64,000 bases of DNA from an uncultured Rhizobiaceae bacterium (GTDB taxonomy: Bacteria; Pseudomonadota; Alphaproteobacteria; Rhizobiales; Rhizobiaceae). The stretch lies in the NCBI GenBank assembly GCA_963974325.1, contig CAXBCW010000009.1:18-64017 (forward strand), in the 5' to 3' direction. The translations under genes and the position numbers were made by a program. The notes under the pieces were generated by a model. It was given only the letters and a program-made list of their open reading frames with translations. It searched no databases and was not told the DNA's origin. Shown here one piece after another: positions 11,138 to 20,557 of the stretch. How positions within the stretch are numbered: position 1 is the first letter of the stretch; each line of letters opens with the position of its first letter.

Positions 11138-11932
11138 TTAAACCATTGTGGCGCGTAGTTGATCTTCCAAATGGACGATGAGATCATCTGGCAATTGCAG
11201 CATCATCACTAGGTTGGTGAGGTACTTATGCTCATCTTCGTTGTCTGGATCGATGGCCAAACGGGAGGCAAGATATATCTCACTTGCTTGTTCTAGACCG
11301 TTTGACATTGACGCAATTTGCGACACGCTTGGCGGATTTTGCAAAGTATCAAACACCAATGCTTTATCTGATTGATCCAAATCCAAGCGATTAACCGCTT
11401 CAAAGATATTGGCCTGCTCATCCTTATCAATATGACCGTCGGCATTTGCAGCTGCGATCATCGCTTTGATCAGCGTGATTTGGAGCGGGTTACCATCTGA
11501 GGCAACTGCTTTTACTGGATTGAAGTTTTCTGGCTCAATTTCGGGGGCTGCGAGTTGGAATTGTTCATTCGAATTAGGGTTATGCGGCATGTTCTCTGGT
11601 TGCCCGCTTGAATTGGCATTGGCTGAGCTAGCATTTGGGGGGCTGCCAGTCTTCCAACCTTTGTAAGCATTAAATGCCACTGCACCTAAAATTGCGGCAC
11701 CACCTAAGCCCACGCCGCCGCCGGCAACTTTACCCACAGTTTTTCGCATCTTTTTATTTCCGACCAAAACGCCAAGTAATCCACCGGCAGCTAAACCACC
11801 GAGCGCACCACCTGGGATTTTATCGCCTAATCCGCTCAGTTTATTTCCAACATTTTGCTGAATAGAATTGCCATTTTGCGATCCGTTTCCACCACCGCCT
11901 AAAAATTGATCAAAAAGCTGACTAAGGCTCAT
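11138..11932 (-). CDS. DUF533 / TerB-like (YebE-type) membrane-anchored protein
   Basis: Gly-rich GALGGLAAGGLLGVL segment, LIKAMIAAANADGHID..EQ, EIYLASRLAID..E..YL..L...L.L. Confidence 0.88.
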   Translation of the reverse strand: MSLSQLFDQFLGGGGNGSQNGNSIQQNVGNKLSGLGDKIPGGALGGLAAGGLLGVLVGNKKMRKTVGKVAGGGVGLGGAAILGAVAFNAYKGWKTGSPPNASSANANSSGQPENMPHNPNSNEQFQLAAPEIEPENFNPVKAVASDGNPLQITLIKAMIAAANADGHIDKDEQANIFEAVNRLDLDQSDKALVFDTLQNPPSVSQIASMSNGLEQASEIYLASRLAIDPDNEDEHKYLTNLVMMLQLPDDLIVHLEDQLRATMV

Positions 11933-12114
11933 AAAAATACTCTCCGTTCCATCATTATCTTGTTTTATATTTGGAAACGCGGCGTGCAAAATCCAAGGTG
12001 GGACAGCAATGTTTTTTATTAATTATCGGTAATCTTTAAAGGGCCACACCTAAGACTTGAATCCAACAAGATCTGTGTTTAATTAGGGTTAAACTCCTAA
12101 GGCGAAAATTCATT

Positions 12115-12936
12115 ATGTCGGACACATCCCCTGCCCTCAATCCAATCATTGCCAAGCTCAGATTTATCACCGAACATCCAATGTTCGAACGTTCAATTTT
12201 ATCGCTGATCATATTTAACGCGATCATTTTGGGCATGGAAACATCAGATACAATTATGGCCTCGGTTCTTGGTCCGATTCTGCTTAAATTGGACGCGATT
12301 ATTTTAATGGTCTTTGTTGTTGAGGTGGTTTTGCGTTTGATTGCAGACTTTAAGGGTTTTTGGAAAAATCCTTGGCGTATTTTTGATCTGATTATTGTCA
12401 CCATTTCACTGATCCCAACAACAGGTGCGCTTTCTGCCATGCGTGCGTTCCGAATTTTGCGGGTGTTGCGGATTATCAGCCAAGTTCGGTCCATGCGCCG
12501 CGTGGTGACAGGTCTTTTGTCTGCGCTCCCTGGTATGGGATCCATTGTTCTTTTGCTTAGTCTGATCTTCTATGTGTTCGCAGTTATTTCGACCAAACTC
12601 TTTAAGGATGCGTTTCCTGAATGGTTCGGCACAATTGGCGAAAGCTCATATACTTTGTTCCAGATCATGACTTTGGAAAGCTGGTCGATGGGTATTGTGC
12701 GTCCTGTTATGGAGCAGTACCCTTATTCATGGCTGCTATTTGTACCATTTATCGTCATGACTGCCTTTACCGTGCTCAATCTGTTCATTGGTGTGATTGT
12801 AGACGCCATGCAGCATGAGCATGAACTAGAAGCGCGTGAAGAGCGCGAAAGCTTGATCAGTGATAATGAATTGATACTGTCTGAATTACGTGCGCTGCGA
12901 CATGAAGTCAGAGACCTTAAAAACGAGCCGAAATAG
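12115..12936 (+). CDS. Bacterial voltage-gated sodium channel (BacNav/NaChBac family ion transporter)
   Basis: Six hydrophobic segments, S4 sensor MRAFRILRVLRII, selectivity filter FQIMTLESWSMG, S6 LNLFIGVIV, C-terminal coiled coil. Confidence 0.93.
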   Translation: MSDTSPALNPIIAKLRFITEHPMFERSILSLIIFNAIILGMETSDTIMASVLGPILLKLDAIILMVFVVEVVLRLIADFKGFWKNPWRIFDLIIVTISLIPTTGALSAMRAFRILRVLRIISQVRSMRRVVTGLLSALPGMGSIVLLLSLIFYVFAVISTKLFKDAFPEWFGTIGESSYTLFQIMTLESWSMGIVRPVMEQYPYSWLLFVPFIVMTAFTVLNLFIGVIVDAMQHEHELEAREERESLISDNELILSELRALRHEVRDLKNEPK

Positions 12937-13084
12937 ACAATCGACTTTATAAACCGCAGTTAATAGGTAATTTTCTTGCCGCCTTGTAAAGCTTTGCGGT
13001 ATTATAATTCATAAGATTCGAACCGCTGTAAGAATGATAAGTTTTATGAAGCTGGTTTATTTGAAACAATAAGGGATACACATC

Positions 13085-13327
13085 ATGCCAATGGATGCAG
13101 GCGATATTGAGAAAATGATCAAAGATGCTCTGCCAGATGCGAGCGTGAAAATTCAAGATCTTGCGGGTGATGGCGATCATTATGCAGCTGAAGTTGTCTC
13201 AGAAAGCTTTCGTGGCAAAACCCGTGTTGCGCAACACAAAATGGTTTATGACGCCCTTAAAGGCAATATGGGCGGTGTCCTTCATGCCCTTGCTTTGCAA
13301 ACAAGTGTGCCGCCAGAACAGTCATAA
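13085..13327 (+). CDS. bolA: BolA family protein
   Basis: DLAGDGDHYAAEVVSESFRGKTRVAQHKMVY..LHALAL. Confidence 0.93.
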   Translation: MPMDAGDIEKMIKDALPDASVKIQDLAGDGDHYAAEVVSESFRGKTRVAQHKMVYDALKGNMGGVLHALALQTSVPPEQS

Positions 13328-13409
13328 AGCACGATATACTTATAAATTACCAACGTCGAAACGCTCCACCTCCCTCAAAGGGTGTTGATTTATAACAACT
13401 TTTTTTGAT

Positions 13410-13442
13410 CAGTCACTAAACTGTCACATCTCTGTCGTATAC
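13410..13442 (+). promoter_or_regulatory. Three tandem 11-bp repeats resembling Pho boxes (PhoB/OmpR-family site)
   Basis: CAGTCACTAAA / CTGTCACATCT / CTGTCGTATAC, compared with the PhoB half-site CTGTCAT-N4. Confidence 0.5.
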
Positions 13443-14103
13443 GTCACAGATATTCCGATGAAAGATTTCGGCTGAGGACAGGGAGCATTTTTGATCACAA
13501 ATTGAACTATTTGGCGTCTGCGTTTTACCCCAAGCGCTACCACCCAAATGTTTATGGCACACTCATCAGTATTTAACTCTATTGCAGGCCATTAAGATCT
13601 AAAGGAAGTGCTTTCCTACAGGTCATGTTTAATGCCAGTGACAGGCATTGTTAGAGCGTTTGTTATGGCGACCGTCACCAAATTTAAAATAACTCATAAA
13701 ACGGCGATAAGCGTGGTTATAGAATTCAGAAGACAACCCTTTTTAATTCAAAAAAATTGGACGTTGATGTAGCTATAATTTCGCAAATGGAAAACAAACT
13801 CACCACAACTTCTGCGGTACCGATTATATTATTTTTGGTGTTAAATTAATTCGATTTGTTACAAAAAACGAATATTTTTTTCTTATCGCCTTGAATTAGA
13901 AAAACCCACACGAATCACTACCAATGATTGCATAAAATCGCAAAATACTAAATAATTGCCGTTTGTTAAGATATTTTTTCTTTTATTTCTTATAAACTGC
14001 TTTAAAAATACGAGACTATTAGAAAATTAAATTTTAGGCGGCGACTGATTCGGCACTCGAAATCAGATCCACCTCTCAGGTACAGCGTGATTCGTATAAT
14101 TAT

Positions 14104-15306
14104 ATGGGCTTTAATAAATTTAGCATCAAAGAACTAGGTTTGGTTGATCGTGCGAAAGAGCTGTCGTTTGATCACCTCACGCAACTTGCTACGCTCCTCC
14201 TTGATGTTCCGGTTGCTTTGGTCTCGATTATTGATCCTTTAAATGACCGCCAATTCTTTAAAAGCATTCAAGGTTTACCAGAGCCTTGGTATTCAAAAGG
14301 CGAAACACCGCTAAGTCATTCATTTTGTCAGCATGTTGCGCGCCAAAATGCACCTTTGATTATCTCTAATTCATCAGAACATCCACTTGTGCGCGATAAT
14401 CCAGCCATTCACGATCTCAATGTGGTTGCGTATTTGGGTGTGCCTGTGCACGATCCTCATGGACAGGCATTGGGGGCATTATGCGCAATTGATGGTAAGC
14501 CACGCGAATGGGATGACAAAGACCTTGAAAAGCTTCAATCTTTGGCGCTTTGTGTCAATGATACCATCCGTATGAAGTCTGCAGTATTGTCCAATGAGCT
14601 GATCCACAATGAGAAGGAAGACTTTGACTACGCCCTCTCCCACGATATTAAGGCCCCGATTAATTCACTCAAGACATTACTAGCCGAGCTTGACCCAATT
14701 TTTAAAGATGACAATGCGGTTGAACACTCCTTATTTGTGAACAAAGCCATCGAAATGACTAATCGTTTGGAAAAAACGACAGCCTCGATTTTACTCTTTG
14801 GGGAGCTTAGAAAGCTAGATTGCCCTTTTCCAAAAACAGATTTGAATGAGGTTGTGTCAGAGGTTCTTAACGAGATGACAGATCTTGTCTCCAAAGCCGG
14901 CGCTCTTATTACAGTTGGTCCATTGCCAACCATTAGAACCAATGTTTTCCAATCCAAAGTGCTGCTTGAAAAGCTAATCTCTAATGCGATTAAGTTTCAA
15001 CCACCTAGTCAGATAGCCAAGATTAACCTTCGCTCTCAGTCCCATGAGGCTGGAGATGTTGTGACGATCACAGATAATGGTATAGGTATTGAAGGCACCG
15101 ACAAAGAACGTGTTTTTAATCGCTTCAGTCGGTTAAATAATCGCACTGACTATCCCGGAACCGGTTTGGGGCTTGCATTATGTGCGCAGATTATCAGAAA
15201 TTTGGATGGTAAAATCAAAGTTAGCTCAGAACCGAATAAAGGTACTAAAATTGAAATTTATATACCAAAGAAGCATGTAACAACCAACTCAAATTCTTCT
15301 AACTAA
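14104..15306 (+). CDS. GAF-domain sensor histidine kinase
   Basis: GAF (TPLSHSFCQHV..AYLGVP..GALCAID), H-box LSHDIKAP, N-box LISNAIKF, G1 DNGIGI, G2 GTGLGLA. Confidence 0.93.
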   Translation: MGFNKFSIKELGLVDRAKELSFDHLTQLATLLLDVPVALVSIIDPLNDRQFFKSIQGLPEPWYSKGETPLSHSFCQHVARQNAPLIISNSSEHPLVRDNPAIHDLNVVAYLGVPVHDPHGQALGALCAIDGKPREWDDKDLEKLQSLALCVNDTIRMKSAVLSNELIHNEKEDFDYALSHDIKAPINSLKTLLAELDPIFKDDNAVEHSLFVNKAIEMTNRLEKTTASILLFGELRKLDCPFPKTDLNEVVSEVLNEMTDLVSKAGALITVGPLPTIRTNVFQSKVLLEKLISNAIKFQPPSQIAKINLRSQSHEAGDVVTITDNGIGIEGTDKERVFNRFSRLNNRTDYPGTGLGLALCAQIIRNLDGKIKVSSEPNKGTKIEIYIPKKHVTTNSNSSN

Positions 15307-15336
15307 CACCCCTCTAACGGCAGTAACAGTACATTT

Positions 15337-15729
15337 ATGGCGATCCTAAAAACAGTGATCCTGATCGACGACGATGAAATAGAACATTTCTTCTTAGATC
15401 GGCTTGCGAAAAAAACGGGACTGATTGAAAATCTTGTTTGGTTTTCCTACGCAACTGAAGCTCTAGACTACTTAAAAACTGCTGATCCTAGCAAAATCGA
15501 TGTCATTTTTCTTGATATCAACATGCCACGAATGAATGGATTTGAGTTTATGGAGGCTGCTAAAAGCCAAATCCCTGAAGTCATTTCACAAATTGATATA
15601 GTTATGTTCTCAACATCGACAGCTTCAGAAGACCGTCATAAAGCGTCACAATTTGAAGAGATAAAATCCTATGTTTGCAAGCCTATGGATGAAGAGGCTT
15701 TGAAAACGGTTGTTGAGTTGGTTAATTGA
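15337..15729 (+). CDS. Single-domain response regulator (receiver only)
   Basis: LIDDDE, FLDINMPRMNGFEF, FSTS, CKP. Lies 30 bp after the kinase. Confidence 0.93.
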   Translation: MAILKTVILIDDDEIEHFFLDRLAKKTGLIENLVWFSYATEALDYLKTADPSKIDVIFLDINMPRMNGFEFMEAAKSQIPEVISQIDIVMFSTSTASEDRHKASQFEEIKSYVCKPMDEEALKTVVELVN

Positions 15730-15840
15730 TAGCCAACACCTGGTGCAGATCATTTGTCTTCAATGAGACCACTTTAAGCCTGTTAGCTCAAAGATTTATT
15801 AGCATCTATTGCTATGCACTTTTAAAATTAGACCAGACAT

Positions 15841-15868
15841 GAAAAAGGCCACTCCCGAAGGAGCGGCC
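15841..15868 (-). terminator. Rho-independent terminator with C(UUCG)G loop
   Basis: Minus strand GGCCGCTCC-TTCG-GGAGTGGCC-TTTTT. Confidence 0.85.
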
Positions 15869-15946
15869 CGCATTCAAAGTCCCGGAGGGGTCTTACTGTT
15901 AGGTGACCTTAAAGCCACAACAACAAGTTCCGGTCCGTTGTTATTC

Positions 15947-16015
15947 TTATGAAGAATGCTCCACAAGATTACCAATAAACAAAGACCCAACCTGACCAAA
16001 TAAAATGCTCGACAT
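15947..16015 (-). CDS. Candidate small protein, 22 aa (MSSILFGQVGSLFIGNLVEHSS)
   Basis: Preceded by AAAGGAGGTGGTCCG-ATG, within its own promoter/terminator unit. Below the ORF-track cutoff. Confidence 0.5.
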   Translation of the reverse strand: MSSILFGQVGSLFIGNLVEHSS

Positions 16016-16051
16016 CGGACCACCTCCTTTCAATACGTTAAAGATAATCCG

Positions 16052-16080
16052 AGTATGGCGCAGAATTTTGATTCTGACAA
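16052..16080 (-). promoter_or_regulatory. Sigma70-type promoter for the small-ORF unit
   Basis: TTGTCA-N17-CATACT on the minus strand. Confidence 0.55.
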
Positions 16081-16188
16081 GTTTGGTCTGTGGAAACATT
16101 TAACACTGATCATTTCCGAAAATTGAACAGAGACAATTTTGCTGATATTATACGCCAATGTGATCTGGCATTTATGGCATCTAAAACC

Positions 16189-16665
16189 TTAGAAATTTGC
16201 GGCTGAAAACAACACACCAAACTGTTCGCACCAAATGACTACAGATTTATAATCATCTGGATTTTCGCCTTTGGGCAAAGTGTAATTCTGATCACCAATA
16301 TTACCTTTAAGCGGACCTAAGGAAAGCCATTCGCTGCCCGTTACATCATCGGATGTTGCAATATTGCTGGCTTTGACCAAATATACTTTTAGATCAGGGC
16401 CGTTTGTGCTTTCAAACTGCGTAAAACGGATAAGGTTATCACCTGTTGCCGTGACGATGAATTCGGCTTGGCCTGCACCTTTATGAAAAGCGTCTGCATC
16501 TGCAAACTGTGCTTGTCGTGTGGATGTCGCTATTGCCATATCAGGCAATGCTTCACTAACTTCAACATTTATCCACAAAGGCGAGAATAGGTACCAAAAA
16601 GCATTTCCGGCAATAAAACCTAAAAAACCTGCGATAAGAACAGCAATAATGATCGGCTTTTTCAT
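16189..16665 (-). CDS. DM13 domain-containing protein (N-terminal membrane anchor)
   Basis: FESTNGPDLKVYL, LGPLKGNIGDQNY.LP, SVVIWCEQFGVLFSAA. GGAG RBS before ATG 16665. Confidence 0.9.
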   Translation of the reverse strand: MKKPIIIAVLIAGFLGFIAGNAFWYLFSPLWINVEVSEALPDMAIATSTRQAQFADADAFHKGAGQAEFIVTATGDNLIRFTQFESTNGPDLKVYLVKASNIATSDDVTGSEWLSLGPLKGNIGDQNYTLPKGENPDDYKSVVIWCEQFGVLFSAANF

Positions 16666-16820
16666 GAAATCGTCTCCAAAACAAAAATTATGATGACACC
16701 TTAGCCACAACAGATCAGCAAGACTACGAGAATGTTTACACTCAAAGCATTTCTCGCTTGAAAAGAGCATTCAAACACCTCATATACACGATAGGTTCGA
16801 ATGCACTTGAGGAAATTACT

Positions 16821-17162
16821 ATGGCTGGCATCGCAGATTTTATCGACAATGAAGTGAAAAACAATGAGATTGTTGTGTTTATGAAAGGCACACCTGATTT
16901 TCCACAATGTGGTTTTTCTGGTCAAGTTGTTCAGATCATGAACTATATGGGTGCACCATACAAAGCCATCAACGTTCTGGCTGATGATGATTTGCGTCAA
17001 GGCATCAAAGAATATTCCAATTGGCCAACAATCCCTCAGCTTTATATCAAAGGCGAGTTTTTGGGTGGTTGTGACATCATTCGCGAAATGTTCCAAAGCG
17101 AAGAATTGCAACAGCACCTCAAAGACAATGGAATTGCAGTCAATACCCCAGACCAAGCTTAA
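16821..17162 (+). CDS. grxD: Monothiol glutaredoxin Grx4 family
   Basis: [33 protein letters not shown]. Confidence 0.96.
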   Translation: MAGIADFIDNEVKNNEIVVFMKGTPDFPQCGFSGQVVQIMNYMGAPYKAINVLADDDLRQGIKEYSNWPTIPQLYIKGEFLGGCDIIREMFQSEELQQHLKDNGIAVNTPDQA

Positions 17163-17221
17163 TCATCAGTTTGATTTAATTAGCATATAAATAGATTCAA
17201 CTTGTTGAGGGATTGAGTCCG

Positions 17222-17246
17222 AAGAGGCGTATAAGCGCCTCTTTTT
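17222..17246 (+). terminator. Rho-independent terminator after grxD
   Basis: AAGAGGCG-TATAAG-CGCCTCTT-TTT. Confidence 0.75.
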
Positions 17247-17287
17247 ATTTCGGTTTTTGATTTATCTGCTTTTTAGGGACGAGCTGC

Positions 17288-18538
17288 ATGCCTATTCAAA
17301 ACGATACTAATTCCGCAGATAATTCGCCGTTAAAAGGTGCAGCTCTCGCTGGTTTTACCGAGCGTAATTTCATTATATTCATGGCGACGGTCACCTCCAT
17401 TGTTGCCTTTTCTGTCGACATGATGTTGCCGGCCCTTATTGATATTGGCAATGAATATAGTATTTCTGATCCCAATGATGCTCAACTTGTCATCATTGCT
17501 TTCATTTTTTCGTTTGGTCTATCGCAGCTATTTTTTGGGCCGTTAACCGATGCATTTGGTCGCCGTGACATCCTGATTGGATCGCTGATTGCATTTGCAT
17601 TGGCATCCGTTGCAGCTCTGTTTGCTCCCAGTTTTGAAATGTTATTACTTGCACGCGTATTTGCGGGCATCGCAGCAGGGGCTGCTAGATCTGCGTCACA
17701 AGCTGCCGTTCGGGATTGTTTTGCCGGTCATGATATGGCGCGTATCATGAGCCATGTTTTGGCTGTGTTTATGATTGCGCCCTTACTGGCACCACCATTG
17801 GGAAAGTTTATCATCTACTTATCCAATTGGCATTGGATCTTTTTGTTTTTGGGAATCTGCGGCGCAGTCACAGGCATTATTGCAGCCATTGGTCTTAAAG
17901 AAACGCATCCGTTAGAAAAACGCCGATCCTTATCTGCAAAGCGCGTTATCGAGGCGTTTGTTGAAAGCCTGACTTATCGTCGCTCAACGGGCTATATGAT
18001 CATCACAGTGGCATTTGTTGCCGCCCTCTTTTCATACATTGTCATCACCCCACAAGTGTTTGGCGAGCTGTATGGCATGGGCGAAAACTTCATCTATGCC
18101 TTTATGACGGCAGCGGCGGCTCTTGCAGTATCCAGTATCTTAAACGGTTATTTGGTCAAAACTGTATCAATCCGAAAAATTGTCCATTGGTCGCTGATCG
18201 CCTTTTCGATAGTGAGTGTCGTCTTCTTTGTTTTTGCAATCACAGGCAATTTGCCATTTGAGATGATGATCATGGTCACCATTTCAACCATGTTCTTATT
18301 TGGTCTTGTGAACACCAATGCAACAGCCATTGCGCTTGAACCTATGGGGCATATTGCAGGAACCGCATCATCTGTGATGAACACAATTGCGATCAGTGGT
18401 GGTGCTTTGATCGGTGGAATTATTGGCCAACTTTATGATGGCACAGTGGTTCCGATGGCAATCGGTTATATAATTTTTGCAGTGGTAGCTCTGCTTGCAG
18501 CTATTTGGGGTGAGCGCGGCAAGCTGACTTTAAAATAA
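17288..18538 (+). CDS. Bcr/CflA-type MFS multidrug efflux transporter
   Basis: DMMLPAL, GPLTDAFGRR (motif A), AAVRDCFAG, LKETHP; about 12 TM segments. Confidence 0.9.
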   Translation: MPIQNDTNSADNSPLKGAALAGFTERNFIIFMATVTSIVAFSVDMMLPALIDIGNEYSISDPNDAQLVIIAFIFSFGLSQLFFGPLTDAFGRRDILIGSLIAFALASVAALFAPSFEMLLLARVFAGIAAGAARSASQAAVRDCFAGHDMARIMSHVLAVFMIAPLLAPPLGKFIIYLSNWHWIFLFLGICGAVTGIIAAIGLKETHPLEKRRSLSAKRVIEAFVESLTYRRSTGYMIITVAFVAALFSYIVITPQVFGELYGMGENFIYAFMTAAAALAVSSILNGYLVKTVSIRKIVHWSLIAFSIVSVVFFVFAITGNLPFEMMIMVTISTMFLFGLVNTNATAIALEPMGHIAGTASSVMNTIAISGGALIGGIIGQLYDGTVVPMAIGYIIFAVVALLAAIWGERGKLTLK

Positions 18539-18567
18539 GTCCTATAACCTCTCACTGATCTTGATGA

Positions 18568-19392
18568 CTAAGCCCAAAGCTCGCGTCTTATTTCGTCCCA
18601 TGCAGCTTCGCTTGTTGCATGGATAAGTCCACCATCAAGGGTTTGCGGTCTATAGGGGCTTTTATCAAAGCGAGCTGAAAAACCGCCTGATTCTTGATGA
18701 ATAAGCGTTCCTGCCAAATGATCCCACGGCATCATTTTTCCATAGAATACGTAATGGGCCATACCAGTCGCCAAAATACGGTAATCATGAACTGCGCAAC
18801 GATAACCGAAGAAGTTCAGGTTTCGCGCTTGATTAGCCAATAGTTTGGCACGCTCTTCTGGTGGAATTCCAGTCCAAGATAGTGAGCCTGTCATCTGATC
18901 AAAAGGCACATCGTCAGCTACTTTTAGTCTTTTTTCTTTGCCATCAGCTTGACGATAAAAACCGCCCTCGCCTTTGCGTGCATAAATCCAGTCCTTCATC
19001 ACCGGATCATGAATGATCGCGCCGATTGTTTCTGAATTATTCACGATGGCCAGTATCGTACCAAAAATCGGGGCACCTGAAGCAAAGTTGAATGTGCCAT
19101 CGATAGGATCGATCACAAATGACAGACCTTCCCACGGATGTGATGTCAAAATATTAGGATCGGCACTTACAGCTTCTTCTCCAAAAACAGATGCATTTGG
19201 GAATTTTGCTTTTAATGCGCGCGTGAGAAACTTTTCCGCTGCAACATCAGCAATTGTGACCAGATCGGCAGCATTTTTTTTAGATGATATATCATCGTCA
19301 CTCAAACGTCTAAAATGCGGCATGATTTCGTTTGCGCCGGCATCTGCCAGGACATTCATCAACCATTCAAAGTCACTATCACTGATTATCAT
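18568..19392 (-). CDS. Inositol monophosphatase family protein
   Basis: [34 protein letters not shown]. Confidence 0.93.
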   Translation of the reverse strand: MIISDSDFEWLMNVLADAGANEIMPHFRRLSDDDISSKKNAADLVTIADVAAEKFLTRALKAKFPNASVFGEEAVSADPNILTSHPWEGLSFVIDPIDGTFNFASGAPIFGTILAIVNNSETIGAIIHDPVMKDWIYARKGEGGFYRQADGKEKRLKVADDVPFDQMTGSLSWTGIPPEERAKLLANQARNLNFFGYRCAVHDYRILATGMAHYVFYGKMMPWDHLAGTLIHQESGGFSARFDKSPYRPQTLDGGLIHATSEAAWDEIRRELWA

Positions 19393-20353
19393 CTTGTTCT
19401 TTCTCGTCTTTAATACCGATTTCATTGAAATCAAACAATGAAGTATCAAGCATATGGGAAGGTCTGATATTGCCTAAAGCCTTGATCATGCGATCCTTGC
19501 GGCCTGGCATTTTTGTTTCAATATCATGGATCATTTGCTTCATCACATTGCGCTGTAATCCGTCTTGCGAGCCACATAGGTCACAAGGGATAATCGGGAA
19601 CTCAAGCGCTTTTGCAAATTTCTCAAGATCATCCTCGGCACAATATACCAACGGGCGCATCACCATGACATCGCCTGCATCATTGATGAGTTTTGGTGAC
19701 ATGGAGGCTAATCGTGCACCATGGAAAAAATTGAGGAAAAACGTTTCTAGCAGATCTTCACGGTGATGACCCAAAATAAGCGCATCACAGCCCTCTTCGC
19801 GTGCAACACGATATAAATGGCCACGACGTAACCGCGAGCATAATGCACAATAGGTTGAGTTCTCAGAAATCTTATCAACAACAACAGAATAAGTGTCTTG
19901 ATACTCAATGCGATGAGGAATGCCATGTTTTTCCAAAAACTCAGGTAAAATATGTTTTGGAAAGTTAGGCTGACCTTGGTCAAGATTACAGGCAAGCAGA
20001 TCAACAGGTAGCAATCCGCGCCATTGAAGTTCCATCAAAATTGCCAATAGACCGTAGGAATCTTTACCGCCAGAAATACCAACCAACCAACGTGGACGTT
20101 TGCCTGCAGCCGTTTCTTCGGGAGTGGGCAACATGGCAAAATCATCAAGTGCCTGACGGGTATTTTTGATCAAGCGTTTGCGGAGCTTTTTAAAGCTCAG
20201 ACCACTTGGCGCATTGCGAAACAATGAGAGGTCATCAATATTAAGTTCAGCAGCTTTTTCAGTTTCCTGAACTTGGGCATCCTCCGTGGCTTTGGTTGGT
20301 GTTTGAACACCCTCAGAACTAATATTTGGCGTCAAGTCTGGAATAATATTCAT
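19379..20353 (-). CDS. ttcA: tRNA 2-thiocytidine(32) synthetase
   Basis: PP-loop [34 protein letters not shown]. Confidence 0.96.
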   Translation of the reverse strand: MNIIPDLTPNISSEGVQTPTKATEDAQVQETEKAAELNIDDLSLFRNAPSGLSFKKLRKRLIKNTRQALDDFAMLPTPEETAAGKRPRWLVGISGGKDSYGLLAILMELQWRGLLPVDLLACNLDQGQPNFPKHILPEFLEKHGIPHRIEYQDTYSVVVDKISENSTYCALCSRLRRGHLYRVAREEGCDALILGHHREDLLETFFLNFFHGARLASMSPKLINDAGDVMVMRPLVYCAEDDLEKFAKALEFPIIPCDLCGSQDGLQRNVMKQMIHDIETKMPGRKDRMIKALGNIRPSHMLDTSLFDFNEIGIKDEKEQDDNQ

Positions 20354-20473
20354 GTTTGGTTTCTGCCTGTTAAATATGTCTCTGTTCTATAGCCCATCGT
20401 ACAATATGACAATTGCGAAAAACTTGTTCTGGGGTTACTTATTAAGCGGGCAAACATTCAGACAGGTCAAATT

Positions 20474-20557
20474 TTGAAAATAAGCATCATCATCCCCGTT
20501 TATAACGAAGCTGCGCTGACCACCACAAGGTCTATAAACTGTGATTTAGAGCTTTAA
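20474..20557 (+). pseudogene. Remnant 5' end of a GT2 glycosyltransferase
   Basis: TTG-start frame MKISIIIPVYNEAA (canonical GT2 N-terminus) that degrades and stops after 27 codons, abutting the stop of the convergent gene. Confidence 0.65.

Noticed and set aside
12078-12092. TTTA-N7-TTAA CtrA-like site upstream of the Na+ channel
   Set aside because: One mismatch in very AT-rich DNA, so expected by chance.
16016-16030. GGACCACCTCCTTT resembles the 16S rRNA 3' end
   Set aside because: No flanking 16S sequence, so it is not an rRNA fragment. Treated as an extended SD on the opposite strand.
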